Positions 10,215-21,943 of a DNA stretch of 64,000 nucleotides are shown here, piece after piece. Position 1 is the first letter of the stretch. The number at the start of each line of letters is the position of its first letter. The notes beneath the pieces are model-generated. The model saw only the letters and a list, made by a program, of their open reading frames with translations. It was not told the DNA's origin and made no database searches. Both the position numbers and the translations under genes were made by a program. The DNA is from an uncultured Roseivirgaceae bacterium (GTDB taxonomy: Bacteria; Bacteroidota; Bacteroidia; Cytophagales; Cyclobacteriaceae), in contig CAZOJZ010000458.1 of assembly GCA_964580205.1 (NCBI GenBank), positions 3,298 to 67,297 of the forward strand, given 5' to 3'.

Positions 10215-10889
10215 CTAGTTCAGCTTGAATATGATAGGCAGCTGCATTCTAACTCTCACCGGGCGACCACGTTGCTTACCGGGCTTCCACTTTGGCGCTC
10301 CACTCAATACTCGGATTGCTTCCATGTCACATCCGGCACCAATGCCTTTCAGTACTTTTACGTCAGTAAGCGCACCATCTTTACCTACTACGAATGTAAC
10401 ATAAACCTTTCCTTCAATGCCCATTCTGCGCGCTTGCGCAGGGTATTTCATGTTTTTCCCAACATACGCATAAAAAGCCTTCATACCACCGAGAGGAGAG
10501 GGCTGATCTTCAACGAATTGAAAGATCTCATCGGCAGCTTCTTCTTCGGGAGCTTCATCAAAAACAACGTCTTCAATTACTGTTTCTTCAGTAACCTCAA
10601 CATCGAGATTTACTTCGATTTCCTCTTCAATTTCCTGTTCGTCAGGAACTTCAATAATTTCTGGCGGTGTCACCTGAGGAGGAGGAGGAGGAGGTTGTTC
10701 TGTAATAGGGATGTCCTGCAACTCCTCAAAATCCGCATCCAGCGCACCCAGATTTACTAAGTCGTTGTCGTCATAAGACTTCCATTCAAAAGCCACTACC
10801 GTAAATAACAGACTGATCATCAGCCCAATACTCATATAAAAACTAGACTTCCTAAAGAGATCAGAATCTGGATGTTTCTTAAGTTCCAT
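10215..10889 (-). CDS. TonB family energy transducer
   Basis: It has an N-terminal membrane anchor, a Pro-rich spacer (EQPPPPPPQVTPPE), an acidic linker, and a TonB C-terminal domain (YPAQARRMGIEGKVYVTFVVGKDG...V). Confidence 0.7.
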   Translation of the reverse strand: MELKKHPDSDLFRKSSFYMSIGLMISLLFTVVAFEWKSYDDNDLVNLGALDADFEELQDIPITEQPPPPPPQVTPPEIIEVPDEQEIEEEIEVNLDVEVTEETVIEDVVFDEAPEEEAADEIFQFVEDQPSPLGGMKAFYAYVGKNMKYPAQARRMGIEGKVYVTFVVGKDGALTDVKVLKGIGAGCDMEAIRVLSGAPKWKPGKQRGRPVRVRMQLPIIFKLN

Positions 10890-10929
10890 AATCTAAAACA
10901 TTATAAATTCCACAGAATACCCACTATTT

Positions 10930-10937
10930 CAAATATA
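10930..10937 (-). promoter_or_regulatory. Candidate Bacteroidota -7 box (TATATTTG)
   Basis: It matches TAnnTTTG exactly on the coding strand of the TonB gene, 41 nt upstream of its ATG. Confidence 0.3.
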
Positions 10938-10949
10938 CAAAAGAAATTA

Positions 10950-11330
10950 TCATTTGACCAACATCTTTTTTAGTTTAACAATACCGAGATAGATATAATT
11001 CCCTGCGATAGCTCCCATGGTATCTGAAGTAAGATCCAGCCAACTGAAATTTCGCTGGGGAACCAATATTTGTATGGTTTCCAGTAGTAGTCCGTATGTG
11101 GATAATAAAATTATGATTGGGATCAATTGTCGGTGGTTCCATGGTCTGCCTTTTAAATACCGTCCGAAGAGCAGTAGTAGACTGAGTATCATAAATATAA
11201 GAAAGTGAACTACCTTGTCGAATGAAATGCCCCAATCAGGAGGCTCCGGTATTCGGTGGGATGGGGCTACGCTTAGTACAAAAATGACAAAAGCCCAGAG
11301 GGCTGCGGGCCAGTAACCTTTATTACTCAT
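10950..11330 (-). CDS. VanZ-like family membrane protein
   Basis: The protein is 126 aa with four hydrophobic helices and a VanZ-like layout (DKVVHFLIF...D...D..GA). This is a weak family-level call. Confidence 0.5.
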   Translation of the reverse strand: MSNKGYWPAALWAFVIFVLSVAPSHRIPEPPDWGISFDKVVHFLIFMILSLLLLFGRYLKGRPWNHRQLIPIIILLSTYGLLLETIQILVPQRNFSWLDLTSDTMGAIAGNYIYLGIVKLKKMLVK

Positions 11331-11336
11331 ATTGCT

Positions 11337-11720
11337 CTAAACACCGATCAATTCTGCATACTCTGCGCTGCTGATAAGGCCAGTCTGATCTTCATCACTA
11401 AGATCGATTCGAATTATCCAACCTTTCCCATATGGATCTTCATTAACCCTTTCAGGGGCACCATCGAGCTCTTCATTAACTTCTGACACCGTTCCGTTCA
11501 TTGGCATGAATAGATCTGATACTGTTTTCACTGCTTCAATGGTTCCAAAGATCTCTCCACGGTCAATTTCATCACCTTGAGATTCTATTTCTATAAAAAC
11601 TATGTCACCAAGTTCCTGCTGTGCAAATTCAGTAATCCCTACCAACGCAGACTTCCCATCTTCGTCGATTAATACCCATTCATGCTCCTGAGTGTATTTT
11701 AGATTTTCCGGAATGTTCAT
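11337..11720 (-). CDS. gcvH: Glycine cleavage system protein H
   Basis: The lipoyl-lysine motif is present (TIEAVKTVSDL) along with the GcvH N-terminus YTQEHEWV. I chose ATG at 11720, giving 127 aa, over the upstream in-frame ATG at 11738. Confidence 0.9.
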   Translation of the reverse strand: MNIPENLKYTQEHEWVLIDEDGKSALVGITEFAQQELGDIVFIEIESQGDEIDRGEIFGTIEAVKTVSDLFMPMNGTVSEVNEELDGAPERVNEDPYGKGWIIRIDLSDEDQTGLISSAEYAELIGV

Positions 11721-11768
11721 GTACTTAAGTTTTTTCAAAAATACATTCTTTTTGGAAATGCAAAAATA

Positions 11769-14700
11769 TTATTGGGCCAAACTGAAACTGATTTGAGTGC
11801 CGAACCTGGTGGTGGCCCGTTTAAATGAATTAGTTACTTTGGGCTCGTTAATATTCCTTTCAAAATAGACCTGTACATTAAGCCGGTCGTTAACCACATA
11901 GTTGATAGTTGGACTTAGCTGAAAGTTAAGATTACCGCTGGTTATGGTATTAGATTCCTCTATTTTACGCTGGATGACTTCGCTTTCGCCAATACTTAGG
12001 GCCAACCTAAAAGTGAGATCATTTTCTAAGGTGACCGTTTTTCCACCAATTTTCCAGGGAATCTTAAAACCTTGTTTACGATAACCAACATCAACTACGA
12101 AATCCTGTCTGTTCAACTCAGTCACCTGAGCATTGGAAAGTTGTAAAGCAATATTACGCTCCTTTCTATATTCAATGCGAAAATCAAGTCTGCTTTTAGT
12201 GCGTAAATTTATACCTATCAGAGGTGCAAATCGCTCTGTTATGGCCACTTGGTTGATCACATACAGAGGTACCCATTCCCCATTTTGATTGAACACAGAA
12301 GCCAAAGAATAGTCTTCTATATCATTGTCCAGGGTTATCAGATCAGGATCGAGGTATTGGCCTGAGGTGGTAAAGCTAATGACATCGTAAGTTGAGGTAT
12401 AGCTATGGGTCAAATTTATTGAGGAGAATATTTCCGACCATTTTGGGATCTTGCTCAATCCCGCATAGTCTAGGCGCCAGTTGGGCAGCGGTGTTTTAGG
12501 AAAGGGCGACAGGTTAATAGAATTGGGATCCTTTCCGGTATATGCAGCAAGAAAAGCTGGGATAAGCACATCTTGCGATCGTGGTCCATAGTTACCCCCG
12601 GGGTTGGTATTTTCCGACTCTAGTCGTTGTTGTATAATACTGATGTTGTTTTCAAAATCCTCGAAAACCGGACTGGTGTTGTCTGGCCGGCTCCCGTTAA
12701 ATGCGGTTTTCAATGTAAAATATGAAATACTATAGCTCCCTCTTCTGGTTGGGTTAAAGGTAGAGATCACTTCCAGATCATCATCGAACCTGAAAATCTC
12801 ATTGTAGACTGCAGATTTTAGTTTTCGCATGCTTACATCTATGCGGAGGTCACGCAGCGGTTCCACCCGTCCGGTAATATTAAGGTCAATGGTATTCGAT
12901 TGCCCAAATGGTTGGGTCAAGAATGGGCTGGGGGCCATCCAATCATTTTCTATTACCTTATTTTTTATATCAAGGCTCTGGCTACCAAGTATAAATGCCC
13001 AACCAGGGGCATTAAAACCTTTATCCAGTCCAAACAGGTATGCATCTGGCATATAACCTGTCAGGATTGTCCCTTCGCGTACGCTATAAGTAGCGTTCAC
13101 TGATCTCAATGACATAAGCACTCGAAGGGCCGCTTTAAGAACCCGGTTCTGAGGGACTTGTAAAGTGGTATCGTTAGGGTCTGGGCGAGACCTGGTTCGG
13201 GATGGTTGATTAAGGTCTTTCAGGATAGAAATCTTATTGTAGAGCTTCACCAGATCTATTCGGCTGGTAATATTACGGTTGCGATTATTTTGTATGATGT
13301 TTCCAAGAGTATCTTTTTGATTTTTTTCGTTATAGGGGTTGAAGGCTCCTGAGGTCCAGGTGTAGTTAACATGATAGCCTAAATCGGCATTCATCCAATC
13401 CACAAACGGAATCTTATCCAGTGGTAACCGGTAGTTAAGGGCTATGGTCTGATCGAAGTTACTCAATCGCCCTAAATCCAATAAATTGTTTTTCACCTCT
13501 TTGCGCTTCTCATCGGTATTCAATTCACCCTCCGGTTCATCAACAATAGCCAAAGCTCTGGCAGAATAATCGAGTGAAAGGTTTCGGGATAAATTCCATC
13601 GAAGATTATAAACACGTGTAAATGTAAAGGATTTTTCAAAGGTTGGGGCGATACCGTTTATGGTTAGATTGTTGTTTTCGTCCACGCCCCATAACTGTGT
13701 TTTTATAAATCGACGATCTATATCTGCTCGGAAGGAAAAATTACTGGGGAGCAGCGAGAAATTAATATCCTTGATCATCTGCAAATAAGGAGAGCTGAAT
13801 GACTCTGATTTCTGAAACGGCGTGATATTCCATTCCTTCGGACTGAAATTATAGGACAGGGCGCCCCTATATGATTTAAACTCGTACGTCTCCATTAGAT
13901 AACTATGCCTGATAATATCACTAAAGGCATAGGTGAATGAGAAGTTCTCGATATCATACACTCTTGATTTTGATTCTTGGTCAGTTTTCACTTTTCTGAC
14001 ATTTGTGAAATTCAGGCTTCTCCGGGTAGAATTGTCCTGGGCAATTTTTCTGTAGCGCTCCCTTTCAGATTCATCACTTATAGACGCAAGGGAATTTTTC
14101 AGCGTAATATCCGGATCTCTGGGATCGAATTGAGGAGTGATGGTAGATTTTTGATAGCTGGCAAACATTGGAATATGGAGTCCGAATTTTCCAGGAAAAA
14201 ATTTTTCCAGGTTTAGATTAGTAGATATGTCAAATTCTGTTGTTTCCTCACGGGTCCTTTCAGAAATGCGGTCCTGGATGCTGCCAAATCCGAAAGTGGA
14301 ATGCCTTACGGAAGTTGTCAAATTACCGAGATCGGCTAGTTTTATATTCAAATTCGCGTTTGCTGCCCACCCTGCTGTTTGGTCAAAATCACTTACACGC
14401 AGTTCATTGGTCCAAATACAAACCGATTTTGGGGCGCCATCCAGGCTTTCTGGGTTTCGTATGCCAATCATCATGGCATAGACGGTGGACATGTCCGGAT
14501 TTCCCAATACCCTAATTCCGTGGCGTCCTACAATTTGGGGCCCATCCTGTGGAAAAGGTAAGTTGATAGCCGCATTCAGCCGGTTTCTCAGGCTTTTCAA
14601 TTGATAAAACGCATCAATATCCAGGTCAATCTCATTTTCTAAAGGCCATATCTCCCTCTGATCAGTACTTCCATCCGGGGTCATTTTCAAGGGAATTTGA

Positions 14701-17700
14701 ACCTCATAGTAGTTTTGGGTGAAATCCGTACCTATTCGTAAGAAGGCAGTGAGTTCATCGTCTTGTGTATCTGCACTTTCGGCATGCAGGAACATTTTGA
14801 TACGCCCGTAGCTGATCAGATCAAAGTCTACGTTTTTGAACACCGCCTTTGCATCACGGTCAGGGAGATCCTCTACGCACAGCTCAAGAGACTGTTCATT
14901 TAGGCGCCTTTCCAGTGTCGACGTATTGTCCCGGTCCCTCTCAAATCCTGGGGGCACCACGTACCCTGGATTCTTTTCTACGCTAACCACTGAGATGGTA
15001 AATCTGGGGTCTTGGTTGTCCCGGTCTTCGAAGAACCCTGTTTCTTCAAGGTTCTCATTAAATCGTCGCCATTGGCTACCGACTAAATGAAAATCCGCCA
15101 TACGCAGTACTACCGGCGTGGTAAAGCCCGTCATATACATTCTCATATACCGGATGGACTTAAAACCTTCAATACTACCTTGCCGTCGGTCCGGTTGTCT
15201 TACGGGTATTCGGAACAAGTACCAGGCGACCTCGTCACCATTGATTGTGTTGGTTACCTTGTCTTCAATATTTTGATTTCCAACTACTAATGCCGATGGA
15301 TTCAGGTCAATAGAATACTCGTAGTACTCTTCAAGGTCGCTAATTGTATTATCAATGTTCAGGTCTTCATTCTCCGGGAAATTACTTCCGGATGGAATAA
15401 AGGATTGACTGGCATCGGTTGCCACCGGAGAGTTGTTTTCCATATTGTTAAAGTCCTGGTAACGTTCAACAATCTGTTGATTCTCTGCATCCTTTTCTGC
15501 ATCCAGGAAATAGCTAAAATCATCACCTGAAATATCCTCTTCTATCTCTTGTCGTATTTGGGGTGGAAGTAACGCAACTCTTTGTTTAAACAGTGAATAC
15601 AGGGTGTCATTTAACTCCGACTCACTGGTTAAACCATCCAAACCGATGTCCTGATTTTCTCTGGAACTAACGTCATTGTCAAAAGCATTTGTTAGGAATT
15701 GCTGCCTTGTAGAACGGCCCCAAACACTTGTATTGGTGTTGTCTTCAGAAACTATCCCGTCCGGCGGCATCCCGTTTTCGAAACCATGATTATCATCCGG
15801 AATAACATCCTCCGAAACACTGCCCAAGTTAATTACTAACTTTCCATTTAAATCTGTATTGTTAACAGGATTATCACCCACTAACACTCTACCGTTGGGG
15901 CCAGCGATAAAGGGGTCCATTAACCAAAATTCTAGGAATTCAATGTTGGTTTTATCAAAATCCACATCGGATGTGATTGCCCGGGTCAGGCCACCCCAGT
16001 TGTCCTCTGGGTCAGGTAGTTTTCCATCATTGAGAATACCGGGGTTATAGTTGTATGGCCCCCGTTCAGTAGGGAAGTAGGCAATGTCAAAAATAGGTAG
16101 ATTAAGATTTATTTGCTGGCGATCCTGCTCCGTAAAGATCTCCTGGGGGATAACCGACCTTGAATAGTGATTGTCGGTATCAATATTATCAGGTGTGTTG
16201 CTGTCGTTGCTTCGATAAAACACATTATCTACGATATACCAGGAGACCTTTCCGCGTTTATATCCAGCGGTAAGGTTATTTCCACTGGGTATGCCAAATC
16301 TACCATCATCAGTGGCCGGTGTGCTGGCCAGCTTCCAGCTAATCACGCTGCTAAGATTAAATGGTATTACTGCTGCTTCAAAATCGTCGAGATAGGCCAG
16401 ATCATCACCGTCATTTTTATTGGAAGTCCCTGGCAACAGTTGAGCGAATTCAGCATTAAATACCACATTTGACGGTTCTTTGGTACTAATAAGTGGCAAG
16501 GCATCCACCAATTCAGTTAAAAACCGGGATTCTTTTCTATAATTAAAGTCCAATCCCCATTTAACGTTACGAACCGGTTCATTGCCTACGCTTATCCTGG
16601 TGATCAATGGACGCTCATTAAGGTACAATAATGTTGCGCCAAGATTTATGTCGTCATTAAACCGGTAATCCAGACGGGTACCCATAAGGCTCCTGGTTTG
16701 AAAGTTGAACAAGTCTGCCTTTTCATAGCTAATATTGATCTGTTTTCCGGATATCATAATTCCTTCATCGATAATGATTACCTTCCCCAGATTGTAGTCT
16801 ACCCGGTAGTGCACTCCTTCAGTAAGTATGGTATTCCCAGCTGTTACCGTTACTGAATTTTCAGCAATATTTATTCCAGGAAGAACAATTTCATTTGACG
16901 ATCCTGCCTGCAATTGCCCCTTGATGAAGAACTTGTTTAATAACACATTTTGTTGAGCATCGTTCTTGGTGCCCAAATAAAGCTCGTTAAAAACGTAACG
17001 ATCTTTTAGATCTTGTTCATTCTCACCGAATAGTTTCTCCAGATCACTGCCGAATGGTTCCAACACCGGAAAAACAATGTTACCCAGTTCCGCGTTGATA
17101 GAAAGGCCATCGACAAAGTCAAAATTTCCATCTGGCTGCGGGTCGAGGTTTGAATTCAACTGATCGAGCCCGAATAACTCCACCAGTGGAATGTTTTTTG
17201 TGTTCACCCCTTCATGCAGACTGGGATTGTCCTGACCAGTAATATCATCTCTGTAAATAACGCGTAATTGAAATCCTTCCAGTGCCACCTGATTGGCGTT
17301 TAGGCTATAAACATTTTTCATCATCAGGTCCCAGGTGTTGGCGGACGTATTGATCTTGCCTGGCCTAAGCAGCTTTAAAAAGATAACTTCGTCCTCAGGT
17401 CTGTTGGCATAGTCATCGGTTAATTCTCCTACTCTAAAGTTCTCCCCATTGATATTGTATTCATAAGCAACTGCCAGTACTTCGTCATTTTGAAGTTTTC
17501 TAAATAGGTTGATGTAACCGAGCTGTTTGTTTATGGTGTACTCTCGCTCATTTAGTTTACGAGCTCCTCTTATCACCTCAAAGTCCGAAGATTTATTCAG
17601 CCCGATCGCAATCAGCTCGTCGCTTACTGTATTGGCATCTCTGAATTCCGGACCGGAAACCACCTGCAGCAAGTCATTTGCAAGATTCTTATTGGGGGAA

Positions 17701-18893
17701 TTAGGGTCATTGCTGGTAAAGACATCAGTTCTTTCGATGACCTTGCCTTCGCCAAGATCCATGTAAGCTGCAAAATTCCGAAGGGTTTCCGTATCATTAT
17801 TCCTGTTCAAAACATATACTTCAACGCGAGTGATATTTGCTCGTGAAATTATTTGAGGCAAAGAGCTGAGCCAGGGGTTATAATGGTCACGAAAATAATG
17901 TCCCAGAAAGAAATGACGGTTTTCATCATATTCAGCTGAAGAAAACTCGAATTCTCTGGCCTGCGACCCCCCTTCAATGGTGATGGCATCGGTGCTTCCT
18001 CTTTGTGTGGAAAACACTCCGGTTACAAACAGTTTACCAAACTGAAGTTCCGTTTTAACTCCAAATAGATTCTGAGAGCCCCTGATTAGACTATTGCTAA
18101 TACCCATGCTGACATTCCCAATTTCGATTTTTTTAATAATGTCCTCTTCGAATCCAGTGTACTCTACCCGTAGATCATTCTGGAAATCAAAGGAAGTGTT
18201 ATTGTCGAAATTTGCGGTTATCCTCATTTTTTCACCAATCTTGCCAATTATGTTCATGCCGATCCTTTGATCAAAATCGAATGTACCCTGTTTTTGGCGC
18301 CGAATTGGAATTGCAGGGTTAAAGATCCGTTCTGACCTAAATCCAAAATCAAGTGTCACCGAACCATTGGGTTGAATATCAACAAAACTGCCACCGAAAA
18401 TTCGATCAAAAACCGGGCTGATGGGGATTTTGGGTATCAACCGCTTACCACTAATGGCGCTTTCTCCGTCCAATTCCGCGGACTTGGTCTTCCAATAGTC
18501 GTGGATCATATTGCGCTCAACCAGGCGCGAATATTCCTCAAAAGTCATAATGGTAGGCGGTCTAAAATCCAACCCATTCATCCGTTCATATATGCTGTAA
18601 TTCAATGCGGTATCAACCTCTACCTCCACAGTTAAACCAAAAGGGTCTTTTTTTATTAATGGTGACTGATCACCCCTGTCAGATAATGGGTCACCTATAC
18701 GGTCGCGAGGGTTATAAGTTGGTTGGCGGCTGCGTTGATAGCCACGGGGTATAGTATCAGAAGGAATGGTATCAGTGACCTGTTGGAAAAGTAGCAAAGA
18801 GTTGCTGGCACCTGGAGATTTATAAGATACTCCTGGCATTAATAGGAGTATCAGAAATCCTGTTAAGATATACTTGTAGGTATTGAATTGCAA
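11769..18893 (-). CDS. sprA: T9SS translocon / gliding motility protein SprA
   Basis: The 2374-aa ORF has a signal peptide. Its giant size and position directly downstream of ruvA fit SprA. The only start that preserves the signal peptide is TTG at 18893, 5 nt after the ruvA stop. Confidence 0.85.
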   Translation of the reverse strand: MQFNTYKYILTGFLILLLMPGVSYKSPGASNSLLLFQQVTDTIPSDTIPRGYQRSRQPTYNPRDRIGDPLSDRGDQSPLIKKDPFGLTVEVEVDTALNYSIYERMNGLDFRPPTIMTFEEYSRLVERNMIHDYWKTKSAELDGESAISGKRLIPKIPISPVFDRIFGGSFVDIQPNGSVTLDFGFRSERIFNPAIPIRRQKQGTFDFDQRIGMNIIGKIGEKMRITANFDNNTSFDFQNDLRVEYTGFEEDIIKKIEIGNVSMGISNSLIRGSQNLFGVKTELQFGKLFVTGVFSTQRGSTDAITIEGGSQAREFEFSSAEYDENRHFFLGHYFRDHYNPWLSSLPQIISRANITRVEVYVLNRNNDTETLRNFAAYMDLGEGKVIERTDVFTSNDPNSPNKNLANDLLQVVSGPEFRDANTVSDELIAIGLNKSSDFEVIRGARKLNEREYTINKQLGYINLFRKLQNDEVLAVAYEYNINGENFRVGELTDDYANRPEDEVIFLKLLRPGKINTSANTWDLMMKNVYSLNANQVALEGFQLRVIYRDDITGQDNPSLHEGVNTKNIPLVELFGLDQLNSNLDPQPDGNFDFVDGLSINAELGNIVFPVLEPFGSDLEKLFGENEQDLKDRYVFNELYLGTKNDAQQNVLLNKFFIKGQLQAGSSNEIVLPGINIAENSVTVTAGNTILTEGVHYRVDYNLGKVIIIDEGIMISGKQINISYEKADLFNFQTRSLMGTRLDYRFNDDINLGATLLYLNERPLITRISVGNEPVRNVKWGLDFNYRKESRFLTELVDALPLISTKEPSNVVFNAEFAQLLPGTSNKNDGDDLAYLDDFEAAVIPFNLSSVISWKLASTPATDDGRFGIPSGNNLTAGYKRGKVSWYIVDNVFYRSNDSNTPDNIDTDNHYSRSVIPQEIFTEQDRQQINLNLPIFDIAYFPTERGPYNYNPGILNDGKLPDPEDNWGGLTRAITSDVDFDKTNIEFLEFWLMDPFIAGPNGRVLVGDNPVNNTDLNGKLVINLGSVSEDVIPDDNHGFENGMPPDGIVSEDNTNTSVWGRSTRQQFLTNAFDNDVSSRENQDIGLDGLTSESELNDTLYSLFKQRVALLPPQIRQEIEEDISGDDFSYFLDAEKDAENQQIVERYQDFNNMENNSPVATDASQSFIPSGSNFPENEDLNIDNTISDLEEYYEYSIDLNPSALVVGNQNIEDKVTNTINGDEVAWYLFRIPVRQPDRRQGSIEGFKSIRYMRMYMTGFTTPVVLRMADFHLVGSQWRRFNENLEETGFFEDRDNQDPRFTISVVSVEKNPGYVVPPGFERDRDNTSTLERRLNEQSLELCVEDLPDRDAKAVFKNVDFDLISYGRIKMFLHAESADTQDDELTAFLRIGTDFTQNYYEVQIPLKMTPDGSTDQREIWPLENEIDLDIDAFYQLKSLRNRLNAAINLPFPQDGPQIVGRHGIRVLGNPDMSTVYAMMIGIRNPESLDGAPKSVCIWTNELRVSDFDQTAGWAANANLNIKLADLGNLTTSVRHSTFGFGSIQDRISERTREETTEFDISTNLNLEKFFPGKFGLHIPMFASYQKSTITPQFDPRDPDITLKNSLASISDESERERYRKIAQDNSTRRSLNFTNVRKVKTDQESKSRVYDIENFSFTYAFSDIIRHSYLMETYEFKSYRGALSYNFSPKEWNITPFQKSESFSSPYLQMIKDINFSLLPSNFSFRADIDRRFIKTQLWGVDENNNLTINGIAPTFEKSFTFTRVYNLRWNLSRNLSLDYSARALAIVDEPEGELNTDEKRKEVKNNLLDLGRLSNFDQTIALNYRLPLDKIPFVDWMNADLGYHVNYTWTSGAFNPYNEKNQKDTLGNIIQNNRNRNITSRIDLVKLYNKISILKDLNQPSRTRSRPDPNDTTLQVPQNRVLKAALRVLMSLRSVNATYSVREGTILTGYMPDAYLFGLDKGFNAPGWAFILGSQSLDIKNKVIENDWMAPSPFLTQPFGQSNTIDLNITGRVEPLRDLRIDVSMRKLKSAVYNEIFRFDDDLEVISTFNPTRRGSYSISYFTLKTAFNGSRPDNTSPVFEDFENNISIIQQRLESENTNPGGNYGPRSQDVLIPAFLAAYTGKDPNSINLSPFPKTPLPNWRLDYAGLSKIPKWSEIFSSINLTHSYTSTYDVISFTTSGQYLDPDLITLDNDIEDYSLASVFNQNGEWVPLYVINQVAITERFAPLIGINLRTKSRLDFRIEYRKERNIALQLSNAQVTELNRQDFVVDVGYRKQGFKIPWKIGGKTVTLENDLTFRLALSIGESEVIQRKIEESNTITSGNLNFQLSPTINYVVNDRLNVQVYFERNINEPKVTNSFKRATTRFGTQISFSLAQ

Positions 18894-18898
18894 TGCTT

Positions 18899-19492
18899 TT
18901 AGGATGATTTAAGAACCCGCTTAATTAGCTCTTCCACAGTTAAATCATTATCGGCATTTTTCAAGTTGTTAATAATGGCTCTTTCTGCCACGTTTTTGTT
19001 TATTCCCAGGGTGACTAAGGCGGATAACGCTTCTTCTTGGAGGCTATTGTGTGAAACAAGGTAATTTTGCCCGGTTGGGACCACCAGGTTTTCCTTTAAC
19101 AGCTTGTCTTTTAGCTCTAAAATGATACGTTGTGCTGTTTTGGTCCCCACGCCCTTGACGCTTTGAATTACCGGTGCATTCTCAGTCAAAATTGCTTGTT
19201 GAATTTCTTGCGGTGATAAGGAGGACAAAATCATGACCCCGGTAGCAGGGCCTACTCCGGAAATAGAAATCAGAGCCATAAACAGGTTTTTTTCTGATTG
19301 ATCGATAAACCCATAAAGAGTATAGGCATCTTCTTTTATGTGGGAATAAGTAAACAACTTGACCTTGCTCATACTTTTAATAGCTGAGAAGGTGCCAAGT
19401 GTTATTTTTAATTCATACCCTATTCCCCCAACATCGATCACCACAAAAGCAGGCTCACGAACCACCAGGGAGCCTTCAATATATGCAAACAT
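18899..19492 (-). CDS. ruvA: Holliday junction branch migration protein RuvA
   Basis: The N-terminus reads MFAYIEGSL...VIDVGGIGYEL. HhH motifs are present (ISGVGPATG, VKGVGTKTAQRIILELK). Length is 197 aa. Confidence 0.9.
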   Translation of the reverse strand: MFAYIEGSLVVREPAFVVIDVGGIGYELKITLGTFSAIKSMSKVKLFTYSHIKEDAYTLYGFIDQSEKNLFMALISISGVGPATGVMILSSLSPQEIQQAILTENAPVIQSVKGVGTKTAQRIILELKDKLLKENLVVPTGQNYLVSHNSLQEEALSALVTLGINKNVAERAIINNLKNADNDLTVEELIKRVLKSS

Positions 19493-19533
19493 TACCTGTC
19501 ATTCGTTGCGTCCAAAGGTAATATAATTTGCCT

Positions 19534-21813
19534 TTAAGCATTGCCCTTGAACTTGTTAATTTGAGCTTCTACCACCGCGATTGCCACCATATTTACGATC
19601 TCTCTAACGGAACTGCCCAGCTGTAAAACATGGACCGGTTTGTTCATACCCATGAGAATTGGGCCAATGGCTTCGGCGCCTCCTATCTCCATAAGTAACT
19701 TGTAAGCAATATTACCAGAGTCTAAATCCGGAAATATTAAAGTATTGGCCCCTTTTTCGGAGATTTCACTGAAAGGATAGTTAGCCTGTAGAATCTCAAT
19801 ATTCAGGGCCACATTAGCTTGGATGTCCCCGTCAATGATCAGGTCAGGATATTTCTTTTTTGCTAAAGCGGTAGCAAGGGCAGCTTTAGCCGGTACTGCT
19901 CCCTTACTGGATCCAAAATTAGAGTAGGAAAGCACAGCCATTCTCGGTTCAATGTCAAAGAATTTTACCGCGTTGGCGGTCAATCCAATAATATCTACCA
20001 GATCTTCGGCGGTGGGATTTACATTAACCGTGGTGTCGGCAAAGAAATATGAGTCTTTCTTGTTCGATATTATGTACATACCAGCCACCTTATTGACTTC
20101 AGGCTTAGTGCCAATTACCTGCAAGGCCGGGATAATGGTTTTGGGATAGTCTTTGGTAAGCCCTGAGATAAAGGCATCTGCTTTTCCCTGTTCAACCATC
20201 ATTGCACCAAAGTAATTCCGTTCACGCATGAGTTTTTTGCCTTCGTAAAAAGTCAATCCTTTACGTTTCCTTTTCTCATATAGCACTTTTCCAAACTCCT
20301 CAGTTAGTTGCTCTTCTTCAGAAGTATCAATGATCTGACAGTTACCTAAATCCAGATTGTATGTTTCTGTCAGTTCCCTAATATGTCCCTTGTTGCCAAG
20401 TAGTATCGGCCTGGCAATACCTTCTTCCATGATGATCTCAGCGGCTTTTAAGATCTTATAATTGTCCGCTTCAGCAAAAACAACCTTTTTGGGGTCTTTT
20501 TTGGCTCTGCTAATCATATGGCTGGCCAATTTATGATGGATGCCAATGCGTTTTTGAAGGTCCTGATAATACAGATCCCAGTCACTGATTTTCAATCCAC
20601 TGACACCGCTGTCGATAGCAGCTTTGGCCACTGCAGGAGAAATAGTGGTAATGAGTCTGGGATCAAGTGGCTTTGGTATTAAATAGTTCTTGCTAAAGAC
20701 CAGTGATTTCTGGCCATAAGCTTTACCTACCATGTCCGGCACTGGTTCTTTTGCCAGAGCAGTTAGAGCTTGTACGGCGGCCATTTTCATTTCTTCATTA
20801 ATAGCAGTGGCCCGAACATCCAAAGCGCCTCTGAATATATAAGGAAAACCCAGTACGTTATTTACCTGATTCGGATGGTCAGACCTTCCGGTTGCCATTA
20901 TTATGTCTTTCCGGGCAGCTATGGCCTCTTCGTAAGGGATTTCTGGATTAGGGTTAGCTAAAGCAAAGACAATAGGGTTAGCAGACATGGTCTTGAGTGC
21001 TTCCCCCTTCAGTATATTTCCCTTGGATAGCCCTAAAAACATATCAGCCCCTACCAACGCTTCTTCCAACGTGGCTACTTTCCTGTTAGTGGCAAATGGT
21101 TCCTTAATAGGATCCAGGTTGGGACGGTCCTTATGGATTACCCCTTTACTATCCAGCATGACAATATTTTCTTTTCTGGCCCCAAGCAGTATGTATAATT
21201 TGGTACACGCAATAGCTGAAGCACCTGCTCCATTCACCACAATCTGTATTTCTTCTATCTTTTTGTCTACTAGTTCAAGCGCACTGATAAGCGCTGCCGA
21301 GGAAATAATAGCAGTACCGTGTTGATCATCGTGCATAATAGGGATCTGCATTTGCTCCTTCAGAGCCTCTTCAATCTGAAAGCTTTCTGGTGCCTTAATG
21401 TCCTCGAGGTTAATTCCGCCAAAAGTTGGTTCAAGTGATTTGACGATCCTGATAAATTGCTCAGGGTCTTCTTCATCAATCTCAATATCAAAAACATCGA
21501 TTCCTGCAAATTTTTTAAACAACACACCTTTACCTTCCATTACAGGTTTGGAAGCGCTGGCTCCGATATTACCCAGTCCCAAAACTGCCGTTCCATTAGA
21601 TATCACCCCTACAAGATTTCCTTTTGCAGTATATCGGTATACATCTTGGGGATTAGCAGCAATCTCCAGACAGGGCTCTGCCACCCCTGGAGTATAAGCC
21701 AGGGCAAGATCCAGTTGTGTACTCAACATTTTTGTTGGTACTACTTCAATCTTCCCTGGTTGACCTTGCTCGTGGTAGTCCAGTGCATCTTTTTTCCTAA
21801 TCTTTATGCTCAT
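19534..21813 (-). CDS. maeB: NADP-dependent malic enzyme (MaeB type with C-terminal phosphate acetyltransferase-like domain)
   Basis: The N-terminus reads [15 protein letters not shown]...[10 protein letters not shown]. An NAD(P) motif is present ([11 protein letters not shown]), followed by a C-terminal PTA-like half. ATG at 21813 is the preferred start. Confidence 0.9.
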   Translation of the reverse strand: MSIKIRKKDALDYHEQGQPGKIEVVPTKMLSTQLDLALAYTPGVAEPCLEIAANPQDVYRYTAKGNLVGVISNGTAVLGLGNIGASASKPVMEGKGVLFKKFAGIDVFDIEIDEEDPEQFIRIVKSLEPTFGGINLEDIKAPESFQIEEALKEQMQIPIMHDDQHGTAIISSAALISALELVDKKIEEIQIVVNGAGASAIACTKLYILLGARKENIVMLDSKGVIHKDRPNLDPIKEPFATNRKVATLEEALVGADMFLGLSKGNILKGEALKTMSANPIVFALANPNPEIPYEEAIAARKDIIMATGRSDHPNQVNNVLGFPYIFRGALDVRATAINEEMKMAAVQALTALAKEPVPDMVGKAYGQKSLVFSKNYLIPKPLDPRLITTISPAVAKAAIDSGVSGLKISDWDLYYQDLQKRIGIHHKLASHMISRAKKDPKKVVFAEADNYKILKAAEIIMEEGIARPILLGNKGHIRELTETYNLDLGNCQIIDTSEEEQLTEEFGKVLYEKRKRKGLTFYEGKKLMRERNYFGAMMVEQGKADAFISGLTKDYPKTIIPALQVIGTKPEVNKVAGMYIISNKKDSYFFADTTVNVNPTAEDLVDIIGLTANAVKFFDIEPRMAVLSYSNFGSSKGAVPAKAALATALAKKKYPDLIIDGDIQANVALNIEILQANYPFSEISEKGANTLIFPDLDSGNIAYKLLMEIGGAEAIGPILMGMNKPVHVLQLGSSVREIVNMVAIAVVEAQINKFKGNA

Positions 21814-21943
21814 AATTATGGGCTTGTTGAAGAGGATCAATTTAAGTTTTTAATTGGAATTATTCCTAATTATAGCGGCCACATTTGTAAGTTATTAGCT
21901 TAAAGGAAGATCTTAGGATAATTAAGACCAGTTGCACAAATTT

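Noticed and set aside
11769-21840. Numerous 60-160-aa ORFs antisense to, or out of frame within, sprA and maeB. The same pattern occurs inside porU, tonB, gatA, the helicase and others.
   Set aside because: They are fully nested in long ORFs with strong family signatures, and their products are low-complexity or unrecognisable. This is typical six-frame noise.
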